From Mytilus edulis (taxonomy: Eukaryota), in assembly GCF_963676685.1 (NCBI RefSeq), contig NC_092344.1:74152001-74216000 (forward strand): 64,000 bases of DNA, in the 5' to 3' direction. Positions within the stretch are counted from its first letter, which is position 1; the number at the start of each line of letters is the position of its first letter. The notes below the pieces were generated by a model. The model was given only the letters and a program-made list of their open reading frames with translations. It searched no databases and was not told the DNA's origin. This document shows, in pieces, positions 25,616-38,158 of the stretch. Position numbers and translations under genes: made by a program.

Positions 25616-26950
25616 CTTTTGCCGACCGTTTTTTAAAAATGTGACGTCAATTTATACAACAACTTCATAAACGAAAACAATGCAACAAACGCACACACAA
25701 CTCTAAGATAGCAACTGAAACGCGAGATAAGAGATTCATAAGGAATGAGAGATGAAAGAGTCGTAAGAAACGTGAGATGAGAGAGTCCTAAGAAACGTGA
25801 AATAAGAAGTCGTAAGAAAAGTGAGATGAGAGAGTCGTAAAAACGGTCAGATATATACTGTTAACTAACTTATTATCTCAGATGGTACCATTAAAACAAA
25901 ATGCATATAAGGATTGGCGATATCTTGCCACAGCTTTTATTCATAATATAGATATATATAGATAGATGGATAGATGTATATGTAGATAGATAAATGATTG
26001 GTTACCCGAAGATAATATGGCAACCTTGTAGATAGATAGATAGATATATTAAAATGTAAAGGTGCACCGTGGGATACACGGGTGCTTCAAATTTAGAAAA
26101 CGCCGTGGGATACACAAGTGTAGTCTGTATTATCCAAAAACCTAAAATGTCATAGTTAAAATTAAGATTCTATGCAGCGAATTCTGCCATTTACTGGGAA
26201 TCTATTTATGAAGCTAAAAGTTCAAATAAAGTCTTTAGTCTGAACAGCAAGCGAGTCAAGATCATCCTTGTCTAATCTGGATTACCACTGCCACGGACAG
26301 AAACCTGAAAAATAAATGCAAAAGAGCAGTATCTCGCACAAAAAGAAGTGGGAGGTCGGGTTACAAATTTTCCGCTAACAATTAAAAATATACAGCTTGC
26401 TTCATTTGAATTTCTGTAAAAGACTTAATTACGTCACAGAATATTACGTCACTCATATTGGTAAAGCTGCAAAAATGAAACACTATCTGACAGAGGCCCA
26501 GCGATAACTGAATTTAAGTCTATTAACTTAAATTCCATTGTTCGCGAGTAGAAAAATAACGCGAAAATAAATCGTCGCGAATATGTAAATGTTGGCGCTT
26601 ATCTTATTAAACTACATCAAGACATTATTTTAGTAAATCGCGAATTTAAATAGCGGCTAAGTGAACTAAAAAGAGCAGAATGCAAAATTAAGTATCCGCA
26701 AAAATAAGTTGGTTTTCTGTAGTCATGAGAATGATAAGATTAAATGACAATGCATAAGAAATTTGGTAACATGACACGTATAGTTAACGTGGTAGTGGTG
26801 CAAACGCATATACCACCGAGTCAACATTGTATATGTAATAGTATCGAGATTTCAAAGACTTTAGTGTAAAAGCAAACCAAATACGCCATTATATTACAAC
26901 TGAGATATATTTTTATGGATTGATTAATGTTATAGAATCTATGAATCTAC

Positions 26951-27351
26951 CTGAAATTGCTGTTGAAAGGCATATATTTCATCTTGAAAACCGTTAATTT
27001 TCTCTTCCCCAATCAGCGAAACTACAATTTCTTCAGTAGTTGTCAGCGGTGCAATATTACTCTCCGCACCTCCACTAAGACTTTGGTCTTTCCTGACCCA
27101 TGCTGCTCCTTTCTTTGTAGTCTATTTACATCATAACAATTCTTCCTAACCGTAATTTGGTCTAAGGACGACCGAAGTTGCGTTGACAGAGGTTTGTACT
27201 ATGCCATTTTTTCTTTGTATTAGTGAGTGCGTCACTAGATTTTAAAAAAAAAAGAAACATCAGAATGCTGGTGCACTTTTAAAATGAGGGCATCCACCTC
27301 TCTTTCTGTGAATCTAGGCAGTCGCTTCAAATTTCTATCTTTCTGCTCCAA
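26951..27351 (-). pseudogene. Myb/SANT-like gene A, copy 2
   Basis: Homologous to 23986-24385; frameshifted. Confidence 0.8.
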
Positions 27352-28188
27352 AGTTTTCCCCGTTATGAAGACGTCATGTATAGAAACGTTAATATTCGTG
27401 TACATGTCTCCTGCGTGAACCATTATTTGTACAAATTCGTTGTATTTGCATTATTTCAGACAAACAATGATATATTGAAGGGTGAACACGAATCAACTAC
27501 TATTATGAGATTTTAGAAAAAGCAACAGCAAGAAGAACCAGTTACAAAAACTTATCAAACTCGAAATTAAATAAACAGTATCGCATAAATAAATCAAAAA
27601 CAAACAGTACTTTTGGAACAACATCAAAAGATTCAATCTTGATAATGTCATACAAGAATATATTGAAACATTTTTTGATAAGTGTGCAACATTTTGTCTC
27701 TCCGTGTTTTAAAGATATTTCGGGTTTTATTTTAAAGGTTTCGACATAATGTTAAGCTTGTTTTTCATTGCCAATAAGATGGTTTCCAATTGTAAAAACT
27801 TATATATATTTTCATTATGTGATGAAAAATGTCTCTAAAAATTGGTGTTCAATTGTAATAAAAACAATCACCAGTTATACAAGGCATAGATAGTTATTCA
27901 TAGTGTTCATCGTTTTTTCTCTTTCAAATAAACCGAACATCAAGTATATTAACTCGCCTGTTAGATGTTGGATTACTTTTGTCTTTACTTTATTTTTAAC
28001 AAGAAAATATGTTAATGATATAAAACCGTATCAATGTCTATCATGTTACTTTTTTGTATATCCTGTTATCGATAGCAGTATTGCGTCTCCAAATAATAAA
28101 TTGAGAAGATTTAAGACCTTATAACCATTCGGAGCGCACGCTTTTTACACTAGCCTTTCAGAAGAAATAAAATTGTAAAGTGAAATAT

Positions 28189-28583
28189 TCAAACTTCGGC
28201 TGTCTGTTGCTGGAAACAATCGAGTCCTTCACTTGTACCATATATTTTCTCTTCTCCTATTAGAGACACCACAGCTTCTTCAACTGAAGACAGAGGCTCC
28301 ACACTGCTTTCACCCCCGCCTGTCAGGTTTCTGTCCCGTCTTACACTTACTGCCCTCTTTTTTTGTGTTTCTCTTGATGTCGTCCCATTTTTTCTTGATT
28401 TCATCCACATTCCTATACACGATAGATGTGGCATTTACGGAGTTTTAAACCTCAAACCATACCGATTTTTTCTTTTTGTTTGTCAAAGTTTCACTAAATT
28501 GTGAAAAAAAGTGTGTCTGATTGAACATCCACTTCCTTTTGTGAAAAACTTGGCTTTCTCTTTCTGTCATTTTCGTTTTTCAT
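28189..28583 (-). pseudogene. Myb/SANT-like gene B, copy 2
   Basis: Same deletion as copy 1 plus a stop and frameshifts. Confidence 0.82.
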
Positions 28584-29005
28584 CTTTTTTCCGACCGGTT
28601 TTTAAAAATGTGACGTCAATTTATACAACAACTTTATAAACGAAAACAATGCAACAAACGCAACACGAACTCTAAGATAACAACTGAAACACGAGATAAT
28701 AGAGTCCTAAGAAATGAGAGATGAAAGAGTCGTAAGAAACGTGAGATGAGAGAGTCGTATGAAACATGAGATAAGAGAGTCGTAAAAACGGTCAGATATA
28801 TACTGTAAACCAACTTTTTATCTCAGATGGTACCATTAAAACAAAATGCATATATGGATTAGCGATATCTTGCCACAGCTTTTATTCATAATATAGATTC
28901 ATATAATATAGATATATATATATATAGATAGATAGATGTATATGTAGAAGATAATATGGCAACCTTGTAGATAGATAGATAGTTAGATTTATTAAAATGT
29001 AAAGG

Positions 29006-29130
29006 TGCACCGTGGGATACACGGGTTCTTCAAATTTAAAAAACACCGTGGGATACACGGGTGCTTCAAATTTAGAAAACACCGTGGGATACACGGGTAC
29101 TTCAAATTTAGAAAACACCGTGGGATACAC
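29006..29130. repeat. 36-bp tandem repeat (caccgtgggatacacgggtgcttcaaatttagaaaa)
   Basis: About 3.5 units here and 1.5 units at ~26065-26115. Confidence 0.85.
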
Positions 29131-29965
29131 AAGTGTAGTCTGTATTATCCAAAAACCTAAAATTTCATAGTTAAAATTAAGATTCTATGCAGCGAATTCT
29201 GCCATTTACTGGGAATCTATTTATGAAGCTTAAAGTTCAAATAAAGTCTTTAGTCTGAACAGCAAACGAGTCAAGATCATCCTTGTCTAATCTGGATTAC
29301 CACTGCCACGGACAGAAACCTGAAAAATAAATGCAAAAGAGCAGTATCTCGCACAAAAAGAAGTGGGAGGGCGGGTTACAAATTTTCCGCTAAAAATTAA
29401 AAATATACAGCTTGCTTCATTGGAATTTCTGTAAAAGACTTAATTACGTCACAGAATATTACGTTACTCATATTGGTAAAGCTGAAAAAATTAAAAAACT
29501 ATCTGACAGAGGCCCAGCGATAACTGAATTTAAGTCTATTAACTTAAATTCCATTGTTCGCGAGTAGAAAAATAACGCGAAAATAAATCGTCGCGAATAT
29601 GTAAATCTTGGCGCTTATCTTATTAAACTACACCAAGACATTATTTTAGTAAATCGCGAATTTAAATAGCCGCTAAGTGAACTAAAAAGAGCAGAATGCA
29701 AAATTAAGTATCCGCGAATATAAGTTGGTTTTCTGAAGTCATGAGAATGATAAGATTAAATGACAATGCATAAGAAATTTGGTAACATGACACGTATAGT
29801 TAACGTGGTAGTGGTGCAAACGCATATACCACTGAGTCAATATTGTATATGTAATAGTATCGAGATTTCAAAGACTTTAGTGTAAAAGCAACCAAATACG
29901 CCATTATAGTACAACTGAGATATATTTTTATGGATTGATTAATGTTATAGAATCTATGAATCTAT

Positions 29966-30364
29966 CTAAAACTGTTATTGAAAGGCATATTTCATCTTGA
30001 AAACCGTAAATTTTCTCTTCCCCAATCAGCGAAACGACAATTTCTTCAGTAGTTGTCAGTGGTGCTATATTACTCTCCGCACCTCCACTAAGACTTTGGT
30101 CTTTCCTGACCAATGCTGCACCTTTCTTTGTAGTCTCTTTACATCATCACATTCCTAACCGCAATTTGGTTTAGGGACAACCGAGTTGCGTTGACAGAGG
30201 TTTGTTTGTACTATATGCCATTTTTTCTTTGTATTAGTGACTGTCACTTAATTTAAAAAAAGGAAACTTACGTCAGAATTCTGATGCACTTTCAAAATGA
30301 GGGCACCCACCTCTCTTTCTGTGAATGTAGACCGTCGCTTCAAATTTCTATCTTTCTGCTCCAA
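29966..30364 (-). pseudogene. Myb/SANT-like gene A, copy 3
   Basis: ORFs 29928..30113 and 30248..30439. Confidence 0.78.
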
Positions 30365-31194
30365 AGTTTTCCCCGTTAATATTAAGACGTCATGTACAGA
30401 AACGTTAATATTCGTGTACATGTCTCCTGCGTGAACCATTATTTGTACAAACTCGTTGTATTTGCATTATTTCAGACAAACAATGATATATTGAAGGGTG
30501 AACACGAATCAACTACTATTATGAGATTTTAGAAAAAGCAACAGCAGGTAGAACCAGTTACAAAAACTTATCAAATAGTATCGCATAAATAAATCAAAAT
30601 CAAACAGTACTTTTGGAACAACATAAAAAGATTCAATCTTGATAATGTCATACAAGAATATATTGAAACATTTTTGATATGGGTGCAACATTTTGTCTCT
30701 ACATGTTTTAAAGATATTTCGGGTTTTATATTAAAGGTTTCGACATAATGTTAAGCTTGTTTTTCATAGCCAATAAGATGGTTTTCAATTGTAAAAACTT
30801 ATATATATTTTCATTATGTGATGAAAATTGTCTCTAAAAATTGGTGTTCAATTGTAATAAAAAACAATCACCAGCAATACTAGTCATAGATAGTTATTCA
30901 TAGTGTTCATCGTTTTTTCTCTTTCACTGAAATAAACCGAACATCAAGTATATTAACTCGCATGTTGGATGTTGGATTACTTTAGTCTTTATTTTATTTG
31001 TAACAGGAACGTATGTTCATGATATATTACCGTATCAATGTCTATCATGTTACTTTTTTGTATATCCTGTTATCGATAGCAGTATTGCATCTCCAAATAA
31101 TAAATTGAGAAGATTTAAGACCTTTTAACCATTCGGAGCGCACGCTTTTTACACTAGCCTTTCAGAAGAAAAAAAAATTGTAAAGTGAAATATA

Positions 31195-31571
31195 CGAGCC
31201 TCGGCTGTCTGTTGCTGGAAACAATCGAGTTCTATTAGAGACACCACAGCTTCTTCAACTGAAGACAGAGGCTCCGCACTTCTTTCACCCCTGCCTGTCA
31301 GGTTTCTGTCCCGTCTTACACTTACTGCCCTCTTTTTGTGTTTCTCTTGACGTCGTCCCATTTTTTCATCCACATTCCTATACACCATAGATGTGGCGTT
31401 TACGGAGTTTTGAACATCAAACCATGTCGATTTCTTCTTTTTGTTTGTCAAAGTGTCACTAAATTGTGAAAAAAAAGTGTGTCTGATTGACACCGAACCT
31501 TCTCTGTGAGAATATCAATCTCCTTTTGTGAAAAAACTTGGCTTTCTCTTTCTGTCATTTTCGTTCTTCAT
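31195..31571 (-). pseudogene. Myb/SANT-like gene B, copy 3
   Basis: Retains helix 1 (KEIDILTEKVRCQSDTL) but has other indels. Confidence 0.82.
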
Positions 31572-32159
31572 CTTTTTCCCGACCGGTTTTTAAAAATGTG
31601 ACGTCAATTTAAACAACAACATCATAAACGAAAATAACGTGAGAAATTGCATAAAAAGTGACTGTTTGCGTTTTCATGGATGTATCAATTCGTATAGCAA
31701 AAGAGGAAATTGAACCCGAGCTGTTCATCAAAACTGTAACATGTTAACAATATTTATTGTACCATCCAGCTATAGAAGTAGTAAATATTATATTCTTATA
31801 TTAAGCAAGGAAATGCAAGATCACTTCAAGGCATCATGCTGAACTTATCCGAAGTTGTGACGTCGAGATCTTGACAAATTTTTTTTTGCATTCGAAGAAG
31901 GAAGATGAGCTCCCGTAAGTAATGCGAATTGTGTTTAAATATTTAATTTCTGTATGCTTTCATGTATATTCAAGTAATCTTCCTTGGATCGCGGAATTTA
32001 TATACATTTTGAAGGAATTCTTCAAAGGAAAATCAAGAAAGAAGAAAAAAAATATGTCGTATGAAATAATTGAATTTATAAAAATGAGCAATCGATATGG
32101 CATCCAATGAAAAGTAATGTTTCATCTATCATATCTAATTTGCATGCTAACTCAGCCTT

Positions 32160-32280
32160 AATTAGCGTTAACGGAGACGTTTGTGAATACAGAACCACGT
32201 TAAAATTTAACGAGCGTCCCCGTTATAATCTCCGCTAACTTAACAGGTCCGCTAATTAACGGAGGCTTTGTGAATAAAGG
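32160..32280. mobile_element. probable PIF/Harbinger terminus with subterminal motifs
   Basis: Repeated ttaacg and tccgctaa motifs, two tttgtgaata blocks; upstream of the Myb genes; partner end not found. Confidence 0.5.
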
Positions 32281-32588
32281 TAAAGATATATTCAACTCTT
32301 TTTCTATTCAACACTTACAAGTTTAGTGTTTCGTTGTTCATGTCAACGACAATAAATGACCACTAATATGGATAGGCGGATACCAACTATTTTATAAGTC
32401 GCTGTTGTGGGCTTTTTTGCAGTCACTTTGGGTATTTAAGAAATTCTAAAAACAAATCAACAAGACCAAATTGCAGATTTTTTAAATAGTTAACACTTTC
32501 AGTTATTTCTTACAGAATGGAACAATCTGACAGTCATACTTTTGATGTGAAATAGTGCATTGATGATTATTTTTCATCCTTGTGTGGC

Positions 32589-32882
32589 AAATAAAGGCAA
32601 CAGTAGTATACCGCTGTTCAAAACTCGTAAATCTATGGACAAAAAAACAAATTCGGGGTAACAAACCAAAACTGAGGGAAACGCATTAAATATAAGAGAA
32701 CAACGACACAACATTAAAATGTAACACACACAGAAACGGCTAAGCATTAGACAAAATCCGATGAGAATAACAAATATAACATCAAAACCAAATACATGTA
32801 TTTTGGATAGAAAAGTACCGTGACACGTCTTATAGTAATGTGAGTTCACACTAAAATATAAGAGAAAATAAATGACACAACG
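32589..32882 (-). repeat. 3' fragment of the composite repeat
   Basis: aaataaaggcaacagtagtataccgctgttc... as at 270-540; older relatives at ~22773-22970 and ~45385-45663. Confidence 0.8.
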
Positions 32883-34076
32883 GAATTGACGAAATATTGT
32901 ATTTACTACGTATTCTTGTTCTTATTCTAAGGTCCTGATTAATGATAGGAAGTGAGTAAAACAAAGCCCGAAGTAATTAAATTTCAGAATTTCTAGCATA
33001 GTGAAGTAGATCCCTGCTTGTCATTTCAATGTTTTGTGTTGAAAACATAGTACTGTATATGTATTATCAGCTAATACATCGTTCAGCTTCATTACTGGTG
33101 CCAACAAATATTTACAGAGTCCGGTTCTTCTTTTGGAAGATCTGAAATCTCCCAGCACCACATGTTCCAGTGTTGTAGTTTGGAATAACATGAATAAGTC
33201 GGTAAATATTGTTGGGAAGTAAAGTACTATTTTTTTCCCGTGTAATATTATTTTATTTGAATTTTACATTTGTTAGAGATACAGAAAGTGCCAGTACCTT
33301 ATCCCGGCCTCGTTAACGTTAGTTTATAGCATTTCAGTGATAAGTTTATTATTTGTTAGTTCACAATATATATAGTTATAATGACATACATGCAACGTAA
33401 TAGAAATAAGATAACATGATTTATTATAAATTCTAATTCATGAAGATAATTTATTTTTTGCTGCAACCAGATTATGGAAGTTTTCAAAGTTGCTTTCTTT
33501 TTTTATCATTATTTCATGATATTGAAGAAATTCCTTTTTAAAAATTTCGAACACATTAATTTGTTTTAGTTTTTTGCTCGGATATATAATGATTGTCCCT
33601 ATAAACATGTTACACTTGCCCTGTGACATTAGATTTTTCTATGCATGTTTCAACTTCATTTTTGGAAGACCTTGAGCTTTCCTATTAAAACTTCCTGGTA
33701 GAAGGAAGCGTACCTTGTGTAAGCTTTAGCCATTGGCATTGCCACATGTTAATGCCCTATTAAGTAGGCTTGGCTGGCAAATGAATGGGTTTGTTGTTTG
33801 GTGTTTATGGAAAAACATGTTACTGTATCTACTTGTCCGAAAAGTCGTTTGTAGGTTGCGACCAACTTGCGGGGCTTGCTCATTGTTGGAAAAATGAATG
33901 TACATGTATCTTGATTTGCATGAAACGATATCTTTTCGTGAATTTTCCAAAGTAAAAAACGTTTTATGTAATTGTCAAGTGTTGTTCAAAATGTTTAATG
34001 TTTAACGCAGTTGTTTAATCTAAGTTAAACTTAATCACTTCATAGTTGTAATTAAATCCATAACGCAGTGTTGAAG

Positions 34077-34310
34077 ATGGCCGCCGTATTCATGTACAAC
34101 TTCAACGCAAAGGAAGAACATTTAGAAGTAAAGGAGAACTCTCAATCAAACTAAATGGACACAAAACTAAAAGCACGAAGCGGATTAGAGAGGGAAGGCA
34201 TTTTAATTACCCAATCTAGTCAAAGACGATATATCTCGTCAGCCAAACCAGGAATCATGCCCTCAATATAATGCAACGTATTATAGTCACATTGAGATTT
34301 CTTGCCAGTT
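34077..34310 (+). pseudogene. Harbinger (HARBI1-like) transposase N-terminal remnant
   Basis: MAAV...RTFR...KLKARSGLEREGIL / NLVKDDISRQ / TRNHALNIMQRIIVTLRFLAS across frameshifts. Confidence 0.75.
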
Positions 34311-34587
34311 TTTTTTTATAGATATCCAAACGTAAACAGCGTAAGTGAACGATTCAATTCTGTATATACAAAAGACTTCTAACACAAACGTATGCTTAGG
34401 GGGTGGATAGCACGTATTTGTTAAACATATCAAGGTCAATGATATTTAAAGTGAGTGAATCCCATGTCAAAGCAGACGATCGTTATCGTTACAAAATTTC
34501 TGCATTTACAGGTGAGAAACAGTTTTTAATTACAAAAAAGTAACTAAGTTGAAGAAAAAATTAAATTGAATTTATAAAAATACATAC

Positions 34588-34980
34588 CATTACAAGTGAC
34601 ATCTGTTTCAATGCCACCATCTCCACTGAATGCGGCACTATCCTTCATTGCATCCACAATATTTTCCTTAGCAATACTAAGCTGTATCGGTGGTGGTACA
34701 CATCCTGTCTGGTCAATTTGCTTTCTGGAGTAAGTGAATTTCTCTTTTGTCCATGAAACATATTTCTATATTTGTTTCTGATTTCTGTTACTGTAACAGA
34801 TATGAAGCTGACACCAAGAGCATTCACCTCCTCTGTAGTAGGTTTCCAGACCTTATTTTTCTTTTGATTTTTTACTTCTTTGTTGAATCCCCCTTTCAAT
34901 AACTCCAACTCATTTGTCACCTGACTACTAATTAAATTTGCCCCAATGGAGGTAAAATTAGCTTTTCTGTCCCTTGGCAA
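34588..34980 (-). pseudogene. Myb/SANT-like protein of the Harbinger element
   Basis: RKANFT...LLKGGF...KKNKVWK...EEVNALG...TVTEIRNKYRNM, then after a frameshift QTGCVPPP...AFSGDGGIET and a GT donor. Confidence 0.8.
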
Positions 34981-35142
34981 TATCTTTGCAGTGTTCTTAG
35001 CAACAATTTAGATTAAACAAAATTAACGACTCTAAACGCAGCGTTAGTCAACATTGTCGTCAATTTTTTTAACGAAACATTTTAAGGCATATGTTAATCG
35101 TCGTTCGGATAACGACACTTTTCAACAACCGGAAGAATGCTT

Positions 35143-35561
35143 AATAGTTATCAAAGGTACCAAGCTTATAATTTGCTACGCAAGACGCGCGTTTCGTGTA
35201 CATAAGACTCATTAGTGACGCTCAGATTCAAATAATTGGAAAGCCAAAACAGTCTAAAGTTGAAGAGCAACTAGTTGTACGGCTACGTAATCCATGCCTG
35301 AGATTAAAAATAAATCCTTAGTATTTCGAAGAATTCATACTTTCCAAACAGTTATTCTATAAAATTACCATTTGATTGGTATTCATGTATAAAAATAAGC
35401 ATGTAATTGATATGCATGTCAACACAAAAGTGCTGATGACTAGGCTGGTGTAACCCTTGGAGACGAAACGTCCACCAGCAGCGGCATCGACACTGTGGTG
35501 TAAATAGTTATTAAAGATACCAGACTTATATTTTGATACGCAAGACCCGCGTTTTGCCTAC
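35143..35561 (-). mobile_element. retrozyme-like element (family A related), ~360-bp period, degenerate hammerhead at 35178-35221
   Basis: Direct repeat at 35147 and 35507; minus strand GCGTCA-CTAATGA-GTCT..ACAC-GAAA-CGCGCG-TC. Confidence 0.75.
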
Positions 35562-35639
35562 TTTAAAATTTGTTTGTATCTCCTGTATGCTGAATTGCAA
35601 CATAATCTTTATTAACAACACTGAAAACATATCAATATA

Positions 35640-37045
35640 GGCTCTTCATTTGGCTCTCATATTAATGCCGGACCTGTATTCCCACGTAGTAGAACAAATG
35701 TGGTGAACCCATTTCATAATATTAATAATTATCATGCCACCCTTCAGCCTCATCAACATGGAGATCATTGTCATGAACAAATCATTTTCACTATAAATTG
35801 CAACTTATTCACCTATTTAAATCTTTTCAACCCACTGATTGTAGCTCCATGCAGCAGCATCAACTTCCGTTTGCGAAATTCCTTAAACTTTTCTTCTACA
35901 GACAGACATTTTGACCTTTATCAAGCTTCGCTTAAGTACAGAGAATTAATTTTAAAAGCGGCAATACATAAGTTGTTTAGACATTTCGTGTGCAAGGTAA
36001 CGAACTTTTAATATTTAAAGGATACCAAAACTTCACATAACTCCGTATAAAGAACGATACAAAGCTGGATCATCAAGATGTTAGGCTAAACAGTTGTTTA
36101 AAGTTTTGACTACTATTCTTTCTACAGTAAAAGAAGGCCTGCAAAAATATTGTGATGAGATATATCCAACCAGTGGTGTCAATCAGAAGTGGAATCTCAA
36201 AAATTTCTAAAGATCTACTGCTAAATCTCAGATCACAATCTCTCCAATATTGCAGCAACATTAAGATCTTTGATTTTCTACGCTTTCAATACTATTCACC
36301 ATGCTCAATTGAAAGATTGACTTCACATTTCATTCAACAGAGCTTTTTCTATAAAAGTGGGAATCGTAGATATAAATTTCTTGTTTTGGGTTATAATAAT
36401 TCTTTTTTTTTCTGAAGAGCCATACTGGTTCTATCAGAAAATACAGTGATAACATTAAACTGCTGGACTTTTAATCGACAATATATGTGTTGAGTTCAAA
36501 GTACTGAAATTTCAACAGGACGTCGGCATTCCAATGGGTATAAATTGTGCACCACTTCTGGCCGACTTGTTTTTGTACTCGTATAAAGGAGAATTCATTC
36601 AGAACTTTCTTACAGACAAATAGAAAAAGCACCTTGCAAAATTCTTTAATTTTAATTTCAGATATATTGATGATGTCCTATCACTGAATAACCCATATTT
36701 CAGTCAGTACTTGCATCTCATATGTCCCTGTGAACTTGAAATTAAGGATACCAGTGATACAAGAAGAACTGATTCATACCATGATATTTTCTCAATGTTG
36801 ACACAGATGGACGACTTCACACTTAAATCAATGACATTGGGATGATATTTACTTCCCAATTAATCTATTTCATATTACTCAGAAGTAACATATCCTCTGC
36901 TCTGTCGTAAAGTGTTTACAATTCTCAATTGATACGTCATGATTGTGCATTTTCACACTATATAGTGACCTTATATACAGGAGTGTGCTTCTTGCGCAGA
37001 ATCTGCTCAAACAAAGTTACGAGGAAGAAAGATTATGTCTTATAC
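35640..37045 (+). pseudogene. Penelope-like element reverse transcriptase, decayed
   Basis: AGSSRC (~36064), NIKIFDF, QQDVGIPMGINCAPLLADLFLYSY (36513-36584), FRYIDDVLSLNN (36657), SQLIR; many stops and frameshifts. Confidence 0.85.
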
Positions 37046-37337
37046 TGAGTATAACTATATGTGTCTCGATATTTTATACATCCAACATTAAATTATTTAT
37101 TTTTGATGTTTCTGTTATGGTTTCAGTTAAAAATGTGTTGTCTTATCGTTTGTTCTCCAAATAAATAAAAATAAAATAAAACTGCCTTTCAATACAATCA
37201 TTTTCCTATTCCTGAATATGACTGTTATACCAAGTGTGAATTTGCATTGCTATAAAACGTGTCTCAGTATTTTGTATATCCAACATTCTTGTAATTTTTT
37301 ATATCTTAATGTTTCTGTTTGATAATCTGTTGTTTAA

Positions 37338-37765
37338 GGTGGCTCGGCCCTTTAACACTGCGCATATTTTAAAGCATGTTTTCAACGCCGAGCGCGTGCA
37401 ATTGGATTCAGAAATCATGGCTGACAGGGGTCGTCTCAATGGACGTTTTTGTTCAAAGTCAAAACAAACGTTGTCACTCGCGGCAACAAATAAAAACAAT
37501 GTAAAGAAAAACGAGATCTGGAAAACGGTTATTTGTTAGACATCGATTATTTTCTATCCAATTCAGTTTGTACTTTCTGTGGAGAGCCGGTCTTCTTGCA
37601 AAATATTGTCGGAGAAATCAAACACGGAGCAGCATCCGAACTTATTTTACGGTGCAACGCTTGCGGGGAAGATTCTTCTGTCTCTACATCAAGATATCGG
37701 CATGAGAATGCAAAAGTCAGGAAATTAAAAAAAAAAACGATATCAATACAAGAATAGTATTAGGT
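37338..37765 (+). mobile_element. 5' fragment of a Kolobok-like / PF20700-type transposon
   Basis: TTAA|GGTGGCTC start; ATG at 37417; CTFC-x25-CNAC, VSTS, DINTRIVLG followed by a gtaagt donor; superfamily call tentative. Confidence 0.6.
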
Positions 37766-38158
37766 AAGTCTAGCTTGTGCCCTCTTCTATAAATGGATCG
37801 AGTGAGATAAATTCAATAAAAATAAATTGTTTTCCTCTCAACATGATTAATCTGCACCTGCTTCCACAGAAAAAAAGACAAAATCAAAACAGAAAAAACA
37901 AAGATGAGTAAAAAAAAGACAATATTATTAATTTATTGTAACATCATTTTCATTCCGAGATCAACACTGCTCTGTCTCTGACCATCCTTCCATCACACAC
38001 ACGTCCGACTGCTTTCATCATACTAAATGCTTCATTCCTTACTCCAGAGTAATTGTCAAATATTATAACAAAAATTCAGTCCATATTGATTTCATGTTCA
38101 AAATGACCAGCTTGAACTCTGACAACTTCACCGGTCGACCTTCCGATTTGTTTCCCCG

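Larger units (their letters stand above)
22930..31634. repeat. triple tandem duplication, ~3 kb units (22930-25677, 25678-28646, 28647-31634)
   Basis: Identical junction ataaacgaaaa|caatgcaacaaac at 25678 and 28647; colinear content; repeated ORFs 24197/27235/30248 and 25224/28189/31149. Confidence 0.93.
33981..35132. mobile_element. internally deleted PIF/Harbinger transposon
   Basis: Imperfect TIRs gttgttcaaaatg / cacttttcaacaaccgg; convergent transposase and Myb remnants. Confidence 0.8.
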
